DNA of 64,000 nucleotides, taken from positions 3,166,030 through 3,230,029 of the forward strand of contig CM119266.1 in NCBI GenBank assembly GCA_051294375.1, in the 5' to 3' direction. The DNA is from Paraspadella gotoi (Eukaryota > Animalia > Chaetognatha). Made by a program: the position numbers and the translations under genes. Under the pieces are notes generated by a model. That model searched no databases. It had not been told where the DNA came from and saw nothing but the letters and a program-made list of their open reading frames with translations. Each line of letters begins with the position of its first letter. Position 1 is the stretch's first letter. Of the stretch, positions 52,361 through 64,000 are shown in pieces.

Positions 52361-54075
52361 TTTAACAACTCGGGTTCTCTTTCACAAGCGTAAAAAAAAA
52401 AGCTTCAATCTCGCAAAAAAAAAACGTCGTTTACTGTTTTTATTTTCGAACGGAAGCAGGGAAGGAAGAGAGAGAGAGAGAGAGGAGGAGAGAGGCGGAG
52501 AGAAAGATAGAAAGGAAGAGAGAGAAAGAGAGAGGAGAGAGAGAGAGGTTAGAGGAAGGATAGAAAAAAGGAGAAGAAAAACTAGAAAGAGAGGAGAGAG
52601 AGAAAGAGAAAGATAGAAAGAGAAGAGAGAGAGAGGAGAGATAGAGGGAAGAAAAAGATAAAGAAAAGAAGGAGAAGAACAAGAGAGGGGAGAAGAAAAG
52701 GATAGAAAAAGAGAGCACAAGGGTTAAAGAGCTTTGCTGAAAAGGCTTCCACCAGCCTTTTGCAGAAGGGGAAAAAAAAAACCAATGTTTGAAGATGAAA
52801 AAAAAAAGATCACTGTTTGTGAGCAAAAAGGAGAGAGAGGGAAAAAAGTAAGAGAGAGAGAGAGAAGAGAGAGAGAGAGAAGAGAACCACCCTTTTTCGT
52901 GCGCCAATGCCTGGAATTTAAAAATGAAGGGCCCGCCGCCCATAGACGAAAAAAGAAAGCCGGTGGTGCTTATGTGAGGGAAAATACGAATGGAAAAGAT
53001 CGAGAGAGAGAGAGAAAGAGAAGAAGAAGAATTAGAGAAGAGAGAGAGAGAGAGAGAGATAGTATAACAAGAAAAAATATCAAGATTAAATAAAATCAAA
53101 TTTTTAAATGATTTCAAATCCAAAAGTAATATAAGTCTTTGTCCGATTCCATAACAGATCAAGCTGAAATAATAAAAGGATTGTAGAATCAATAAACATC
53201 ATATGTATTCTAATGTTAAATTAAAATCCAATAACAGCTTAAACTGAACTAGATGAATTTTATTATTCAACGACAAACTGACCAGATTTTTGACCGTAAA
53301 ATTCAACAATTGGTAATAAGGCGTAAATAAACAAATATCAAGTCGTACGTTTTTTGGTATAATTCGTATTTCTTGTAATATGATAGTTAGAGATTAAAAA
53401 TAAATAGGAAAATATAGAGAGAAAACATTCGCGAAAAATTCTTTCCTTTTCCTTGTGTTTAGAATAAATAAGATTAAAACGAAATGTTCAAATTGTCAAA
53501 ATAAAATGAATCGTCTTTCATCCCATTTATTTAAAGAAAAACAATATTAAAATTTTTGATTGAAGTAAAATAAACAAAAAGGTTTGAATATATTCATTTT
53601 AGAAAAACTGAGCGCCAAGCCCTTTGTAAACCTTATTAACACGATCGAAAAATTATAATATCTTATTGTCTGACCATTTTATTAAAAGAAAAAAGAATTT
53701 TAGAAAGCATACATTGTACAGAAACAAAAAAAAAATTCATTCAAAAACACATTCAACATTAAAAACGAGACTGCAACGGAAAACGTGACAGTCTCCCAGC
53801 GATTAGTTGATTATTCCTGTTTGCATTCTGTTACTAACAGCGAGACCTCTTTCGCAATTGCTTTACAATCCAAGCTACGGAAAAGAGACCGGCTCCACTT
53901 CCAAAAGAAGGAAGTAGGTTTTAAAAAGAATAAAGTGCTTTCCACCAAAATCCTTCATGTCTTTTATCCTATATCTGGCGGAGAAACAAGCAAAGGCATA
54001 AGTCATCCAAAAATAAATCAACAAAGTAAATCATAGGTCTGTCATCTATCTCTCTCTGTCTCTCTGTCTCTTCTG

Positions 54076-54129
<54 letters not shown>

Positions 54130-54220
54130 TATCGCTCATTTGCTTTATTTTCGAATAAGACCGCGAGAAATCTCATGGAAAAAATTTCTTCATCTGCCTG
54201 AAAGAGAGAGAGAGAAGAGA

Positions 54221-54258
<38 letters not shown>

Positions 54259-54789
54259 TGAAGAAAGAGGAGAGAGAGGCGCTCAGATTCTCTGGGAGAA
54301 TAATCCGCATCGAGGAGCTATTTGGGAAGTGAAGAAAAAACAAAAGGAAATGGATTCGAGTTCAAAGAATGAGACGCCGGAGCCGAACGGGGAGAGAGCG
54401 ACGGAGAGGAAGCAGACAAGACGAGACATGCGATTAAAAGAAACAAATCGCAAATAGAAAATAAACAATGGAAAGGACAGAGAGAGAAGAGAAAGAGAAG
54501 AGAAAAGATGAGAGAAAGAGAGAGAGAATCAGGCTTAAAAAAGACTAACCAAATGCTAATAGACAGTTAAGACCAAGAGAGACAGTTGAAAACCACTGGA
54601 AGACACCCATGAAGAGAGAGAAGAGAGAGAGAGAAAGAGAAAGAGGAGAGGAGAGAGAAGAAGAGAGAGACAGAAACAGCACGGACAATCGTCGCCTGGA
54701 GACTCCTCGGCGCCAACGAATCATTTTTGCTTATGATACCAAAAAGTATTTCTCTCTTATATTCCTTCTCATTTGTATTTTGTACGGAA

Positions 54790-55095
54790 TTTTGCGTCCG
54801 CCTTTTTGCGTGGCACTCTTTTGCGCGCTCTTTGCGTCGGCCTTTTTGCTCGCCTCTTTGTTCGCCTTTTTGCGTCGCCTTTGTGTCGCCTCTTTCGTCG
54901 CCTCTTTTGCGTCGCCTCTTTTGCAGTCTGGCTTTTTCGTCGCCTCTTTTGTGTCGGCTTTTTTGCTGTCGCCTCTTCATCAAGCCTTTTGCATCCGCCT
55001 CTTTATCGTCGACCTCTTGGCGTCGCCTTTTTTGCGTCGCCTCTTTGCGTCGGCCTCTTTGCGTCGCCTCTTTGCTCGCCTCTTTTGCTGCCTTT
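54790..55095. repeat. Minisatellite of about 15-16 bp (GCGTCGCCTCTTTT)
   Basis: Direct reading. Confidence 0.9.
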
Positions 55096-56722
55096 TAGTG
55101 CGTTCATTCGTTATCCTCGAATATCGTTCCGTCATCCTTTATCGTTCCCGCCAAGCATGGTAATAACCAATCATCGTAGTTATCGCTTTCAATTGCTTGT
55201 TTTGAAGAAGGTAATCTCTGGTGAGGAGTAGCAATTTTCCCTGAGTTGTGAGCGTTGATCGATATTAAGCGAATAAATAAAAAAATATAATATAAATAAT
55301 AATAAAATAAATAAATAAAGAAATAATAAATAAATATATAATAAATAAATAAAAATAAATAAAAAATTAAAAATAATAAAAAATAAATAATTAAATATAT
55401 ATACCTTTGCCATGCACTTTTACCGAGAAACCTCCCAAACTCGAAGATAAAATATCTTGATGATCTTTCGTTACAAAGCAGAGTTTTTATCAATGTGAAG
55501 GCATAGCCGTACGTTGTAATTGCCTTTTACCCCTCGTCGTGCTCAGGTTTCATACTCCAAATAATATCTGCGTCTACAATTATAGATTCTTTTGAAATCT
55601 GCAAAACATATTTAAAAAAAAATTCACAGTGTGTATAAATAAATAATTAAATTGATACTAGGGTAAGATGAATAAATCAAATTGCTTAAAATTTTAGTTA
55701 GAAGCGAATAACATAGCGTAAAGTTAACAAAGTTGTCAATAGTCTAAGTCAGAACTAACATTAAATTAAACGTACAATCTGTACATAATAAGAATTAATC
55801 AATGAAATCAAGCCCATCAACCCAGTCAATATGAAATCCCGATTTGTTTTCTTTACTTTTATTTTCTAGTTTAGCCGCAAAACGCCCACCTTCAGCTAGT
55901 CTCTACCTGTCTTCTCTTTTCATAAATAACACAATGAATCGTCAATCCTTAAGAGGCTCGCCTCCAGCATCAGGTAAGGAGTTCTGATTCAGTAAGTCGA
56001 GAGAGAGAGAGAGAGGAGAGAGAAGACAGCGAGGAGCGAGCGATAACACATCGTTTGATCCCATCCCAAACATTCAACAAAAAAAAACCCTAGCAAAAAC
56101 CACTCGATCAAGAGAACCTTATTTACTAACTCAAGTCACATCATGTTCCTTTTTTCCTTTCTCCATTTTGCCTTCGTTCTTTTTTTTTGGTGTCACTTAA
56201 AAAAGAGTATAAATAAAAAAATAAATAAACCCACTTCGTCTTCCAAGTCGCCTCTTAGTCTGTGCGCAATCTTTCCGATTCCAGATGCGTTTTCCCGCGG
56301 CGAGTTTGTTTATTGACCCACCTCTGATCCCAACGCCATCTCTTTCGGCTCCAATGCCTCTTTTTCTCCCTGTGGATTTTAGTTTTTTTTAAGGTTACAT
56401 TTTGACTTACGCGTGACATCGTCGACATGCGGCCCTTCATTTTTTTTCTCCCTTGATTTTCTCGTTCTCGCTTTGTCATTAACTTTAAAGATGATTTTGA
56501 CTAACGTTAATAAATTATTTTAACGTAATTTCGGTTAATTTTCAATTCATTGATTTGATTTCCTGGCAAAATCTTTGTTTTTCTCTTCCGCTTCTTCATT
56601 TTAACGTTTAGTGAAGTTTCAAAAATTTTACTGTTAACGGATTTTCTATAAATATAATTTCAATTAGAATGGTTCATTTTATTAATGCTTTACAGATATA
56701 AGTATTCAACCTTAATGCTGTA

Positions 56723-56759
<37 letters not shown>

Positions 56760-57124
56760 TAAAATGTATAACACTATCATCTGAAAAAAAACCGAGCAAT
56801 AATAAACGCACGATCCTTGCTTTTTCTCAATATCTTTCGCACTCGGTCCTTCTACCCTAACTTCACCCCCAAGTGTCAGTCCCCTCCCCCCCCGCCGCCC
56901 TCCGCCGGCCGCCGCCCGCCCTCCGCCGCCCCCGCCGCTGCTGCCCCTAGACCCCATATTCAAATCAATATGTTTCGTCCGCTGATTCCATTCACTCGGC
57001 CGACTCGTGGAGTTCTTTTCACTTCGCCGCCGATGTGAAGCGTGATCATTCTCAACTGGAGCTGAGACCGTGAGAGTTATGATGTTAGCTGAGAAGAGGG
57101 GGAAAGTTATGGGTAAGAAAAAAT

Positions 57125-57535
57125 TACATACCTAAAATTGACATTACCTAAATTGACCATAACCTAAATTGACATTACCTAAATTGACAACTTAATTGGA
57201 ACATACCTAAATTGACATACCATAAATTGACATGCCTCCTAAATTACATGCTAAATGACATGCCTAAATTGATCATACCTAAATTGCATACCTAAATTGA
57301 CATACTAAATTGACATACCTAAATTGACATACCTAAATTGACATACCTAAAATGACATACCTAAATGAAACTAAATTATCATGCCTAATGACATACCTAA
57401 ATTGAACATACTAAATTACATACCTAAATGACATCCTAAATTGACATACCTAAATTGACTATGCCATTGACATACTTAAAATTAGACATAGCAAATGGAC
57501 ATAGCCTAAATTGACATACCTAAATTGAATACCTT
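57125..57535. repeat. Minisatellite of about 14-15 bp (ACCTAAATTGACAT)
   Basis: Direct reading. Confidence 0.9.
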
Positions 57536-59226
57536 TGCCAAAACCAAAAATATGCCAAAAGAATTAGTCGTTGTCATACAAGATATGGACGAAAATGGGC
57601 CAGAAAGCAAAACGGGAAGTCAAGGAAAATAAAATTATAGGGGAAATAAAGATAAATTATTTTATTAAAATGAAAAAAAATGAAAAACAAAAATGGAAGA
57701 AATTAATAGATAATTTATAAAGAACAACATAAAATAAGATGGAAACGTTAGCAATTTATGCTGTTCAATAAACGAAATTCGATATCATCTCGCTTAAGTA
57801 CCTGACCAAAAGTCTTACCCTCACCCCCCTTAGACTCAAGCCTTTACCCTTCTTTCGCTTCACCCAACCAATGACTCCGTGTTCATCACCGTCTCTTCTT
57901 TTCTTCTTCCTCCTCTCGAAACCAAAGCTCACGGCTGCAACACTGAAATCTCCTTCTTTAATTCTTTCGATCCGAAAGTGACTCTATAAATAATTAAGAG
58001 AAAACTTTTCTCCTCCACTCGGGGGAACAGAAAGAAAAAAGTGAAAGAAACGATTTTTTTTCTCTCGTCAAAACATCAAGAATAGAAAAGGAAATCCGTA
58101 ACACAAAAAAAAAAAAATGAGAAAAATAAAGAAAATACAATGATAACAATAGAAAAAAGAAAAGCAAAAAACGAGAGCAATACGAGGAGAAGGAAATAAA
58201 AACGACGGGAAAAAACAAATAAAAAAAACGAATTGGAAGAAGAAAAAATATTTTTTGATTAAAAAAAAGAGAAATATCTCGGGAAAACAATGTATTGGGG
58301 AATTTTGAGAAAAATATTTGGGAAAGGAGAAAGGAAAGGAGGAAAGAGAAAGGAGGAATGATAAGGGATAAGAGAAAGAAAGGGGAAAGAAAACAAGGGC
58401 AGAGAAAAAGAGGTGAATAGTGGAAGATTAAAAAGGATTGGCTTATATAGATAGACTGGGTGAGAAAGTAGACAAAATGCACCTGAGACGAAGACTAGAA
58501 GAAACGATGAGGACGAAGCGAAGAGAGAGAGAAAAAGAAGAGAGAGAGAAAACTACTTTTTATTTTCGAATTCCTGTCGAGAATTAAATTCGTTTCTTTC
58601 TTTCTCTTTTTTTCCTTTTTCATCTTATTTTCCTCATCTTTCGATGAACATCAACCTTTTTCCCCTTTTCCTCTCCTTTTCCTTCCCTGTTCTCCTTTCC
58701 TTTCCTCCTTTTCTCTTTCCTTCTCCTTTTCTCTTTACTCCTCTTTCCCCTCTTTATCTCTCTATCTTTTTTTATGCTTCTCTCTTTTCCTTCCCTTTTT
58801 TTCATCTTTCCTTTTCCTCCTTGTTTCTTCTGTTTTCCTTTCATCCTTGTCAGCTTTTTTTTTTTTTCTCTTTTTTTCCTCCTCCCGTTTTTTGTTTCAG
58901 TTCTCTCCAGTTCTCAAACTTAACTCAAATACCAACCAAAAATTTAAAAACGCATGTTTTTATCGATGAATTAACATTAAAAAATATCGTTTTTCAACAC
59001 AGAATTCGTAACAGCGCAACGCTTTCCACGCCCACAATCCAATTCTCCCCGCCCACTATCCACGGTCAGCACTTAAAGAACTAGAATGGACCCCAAAACA
59101 AAATGGGCAATAGTTCCTTTCCCGTTTACTTGGATCAATCGACTCTTTCTATGCTTTATCATCGATGTAAGCGAGTTCTCTTGTCTCTATCTCTTCTCTA
59201 TTTACATATTCCTTCTCTCTCTCTTC

Positions 59227-59261
<35 letters not shown>

Positions 59262-62200
59262 AGTTCTCAAACTGAGCAGTCCTGGTTCTCTCTCCCTTCT
59301 TCATGCCGACCGACGAACCGGTCGTTGTACAAGATACCTCATCGAATCTGGAATGATGATGTCAAAGTAAGGTGGATTGCAAAAAGTAAGTTTCGATGAT
59401 AAAGGTTTCCAAGAGAGTCTGGAATTGGTTCACCCACTAAAAGCACAACCCTATTGTGAAAATCTTCTTGTAATTTTCACGCTCGCGACGTTCTATAGCG
59501 TTCGAAGCTCGTCTTCCCTTGCGATTTTTTAACGTGGCCTTTTTAGAATCTTCTGAGTCACGAGAAATTGATGAAACAAATGCCGATGAATGTTTAGAAA
59601 CTTTAATTTGTATTTACGTTCATTAAACTTAATGTTGATACGGCATGCTACTTTAGAAATCAGTTATTAAAACGAAACTAAAGATTCCCTTGGTTTCGCC
59701 AAAATTTTGAGAAAAGATCAACAAAATAACCAGGAAACAGTTGGCCGAACCCGAAGGACAAATAAGTACGGTCAAAAAATAAGATTTTCAACCGAGGAGA
59801 GAAAAATGTACTGAGACGAGCCTAATAGTTCACGAAATAAAGAAATACGCATTACCAAGTGCCTTAATCTTATCTTCTCTCATGTTATCAACAACATAAT
59901 AATAAATAATAAGCTATTAATCAATTCATCAATATATTATCCATGTAGAAAAAATGCGACAGAAACTTTCGCCTTTACCTGACCCACAACCAACGAAGTC
60001 TCAAAAAAAATTCCACTATTGGACAGGTAGGGTTTAAAACGTCTTTGAACATTTCATTTATGATTTACATTTGTTTGTTGTTTATAATAGTTTTACCATT
60101 TTGAAAATTGTTTTAAGCCAAAAATAATCTTTGTATAAATACGTAAACCCCAAATAATAGTTATCCAAATTCATTCATAGAGAAAAAGTATGATGGAAAG
60201 GCTTCATTCCTCTTACGAATAATACATAGCGGATCAGAACTTCAATCAAGACTCTCGTATTAAAATAATTCGTGTACTATAATTTGTTGTTGAAATGTAA
60301 GTTATCTTTACGTTTTATCAATCATCTTTTTTAGTCCCTTATGCTCCCCTTTCATTTCTTATCAGCTTGGCGAAACTGCCCGTCAGGCGCAAATGCCTGC
60401 ACCTCTCACCAATCACACGAACGAAGTCGGTGATCAATTTCCGATCTTAACCTGTGGTCTCGAGAGAAGAATTATTGGAAAACTCGCATGCTTCCCAAAA
60501 ACGTGAAAATTTATGTAGAAAAACGTCTCGGCTACCGTCTTGAGTAAATATTTGTGAAAAGCTAAAAAGATAAGTTCTGTTAAAAAACGCCCGGCTCTGC
60601 TTTGACAGTAAAAACAAAATCTTTTTATTGTTTCCTTTTCTTTATTGATTTTTTTTTAAGAAAAAATTAAATTTTGCTATAAAGATAAAAATATTTCATT
60701 TTGAAAAGAATATGACTCCCACCTATCCTCTCTCTTCTCCTCTCTCTCTCTCCTCTTCTCTCTCTCTCTTCATCTCTCTCTCTCTCGCTTCTCACTCTCT
60801 TTTCTCTCTTTCTCTAGCCATATGCGAAATCACAAATATGATAATTTTCTTTAAAATTTGCTTAGCCGTTAAAAAGTAAAAGTTGGTTTTCACTCGGTGA
60901 GAGAAAACCATCGTATCATATTTTCGTCATCTTTGTTCACGCTTCCTTCTCTCTCTCTCTTCTCCTCTCTCTCTCTCTTCCTCTCTCTCTCTTCTCTCTT
61001 CTCTCTTCCGACAAGTTTGTAACAAACTGTTTTCTTTCCTTGTCACCGGAATGAAGGGAATCCCGAAGTTGGGAATATTTCTCTCTCGTCTCTTTCTCTC
61101 TCTTTCTCTTTCTTCTCTCTCCTCTTCTCCCTCTCTCTCTCCTCTCTCTCTTCTCTCTCTCATCTCTCTTTCTCTCTCTCTCTTGCTCTCTTTCTTTCTT
61201 TCACTTCAAAGAAAAAAATGATAACAAATAATTCTTTTTGCTCCTTTGCTTCGCAAGGAAATTCGGATGAAAAATCCTCCATCTCTTTCTTCTCTTTCTT
61301 CTCTTTCTTTTTTCTTTCTCCTCTTTCCTCTACCTTGTTCATTTCTTCGCACATTCATCTTTCACAATTTTTGTTCCTATCTTATTTTTCTTTTCTCCTT
61401 TCTTTCTTTATCATTCTTATTCTTCGCTTCCTTTCTTTTATTTCTTTTTTTCCTTTTCTTGTTTGTTATCTTTTCCCTTTTCTTTTTTTTTTTTTTTTCT
61501 TTTCTTTCATTTTTTATTAGTTGTCATTCAGTTACGACTATATGCTATAAATAATTGTAACAAGACTGATGGCCACTGACTGACTTGACAGACTGATGAC
61601 TGATAAAATGTGGGTTCACACACATGTATGTCCCCCGAGTAAGGATAAGACTGAACCATAAAGCGAAAACCGGAATTCTATCCGGCAGCGACCGGCGTCT
61701 TGAGAAAAAAACGCCCGGTTAATAAAGGATATTTATTCTCATTCTAGAAACGAAAGTCAGAAACACTTGAACTATTTATCCTTTAATATTTTCTGACACG
61801 GAGTGGGAAAAAAAAACCCTTTCAGGCTGATGGACGCACGGACGGACGACATGACGGACGGTTTGGAACAGGCAGATGAGGACGAACCGAAAAGATATTA
61901 GACGTAACGAACAGCTACAGTACGTCCCCTCCACCGGTCTAGACGGAAACATCCTTCGAGGCAAAAAGACGGATCTCAAGCCAAAACAAGAGAAGAAAGC
62001 CGAAAGCGAATCCCGATTTATTTTCTTGAGTATCGATACCAGCCCAGACCCTTCACCTGCCCTTCCTCCCTTCCCAATCCCCTCCTCCATCCAACCTCTC
62101 TCCCCTCTTCCTCTATCTTTCCCACGCCACCCCCCTTTCCTCCCTTCCAACCCCCTCTCTCCAATCCATCTCTCTCCCCTCTTCCATCATCTTTCTCCCC

Positions 62201-62292
62201 CGACCTCCTCTAAGCCTCCTCTCCAATCCCCTCCTCCACCTCTCTCCCCTCCCTCATATCTTTCCCACCCTAATAAACATCTCTCTCTATTT

Positions 62293-64000
<1,708 letters not shown>

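Noticed and set aside
51218-52616. Long F/H/S-rich ORFs (295-391 aa)
   Set aside because: All three frames are open because the 26-bp satellite unit has no stop codons

Overview
AT-rich, microsatellite-rich genomic DNA from an invertebrate animal, with GT-AG spliced genes; the species cannot be named from the sequence. (1) + strand: the last five exons of an M17 leucyl aminopeptidase (216..23248), containing a 19.4-kb intron. (2) Nested antisense in that intron: a reconstructed three-exon XK-related (Xkr) membrane-protein gene (17154..3168) with a 1-nt frameshift; two more decayed Xkr-like paralogues lie at about 8180/13280 and 25636..26318. (3) + strand: a phase-consistent 10-exon ionotropic glutamate receptor (24048..about 36400) that goes from signal peptide straight into S1, with no amino-terminal domain. 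(4) Many non-autonomous mobile elements: a TRIM-like miniature LTR retroelement (two full copies and one solo LTR), an inverted pair of Penelope-type hammerhead ribozymes in an iGluR intron, a 5-kb foldback element, hAT, Tc1/mariner and Ginger-like MITEs, and DINE-1/HINE-like repeats. From about 34.5 kb onward much of the sequence looks like uncorrected long-read gap fill (25-N gaps, indel-rich inverted and direct duplicates), so calls there are weak. All family assignments come from motifs recognised by eye; no searches were run.
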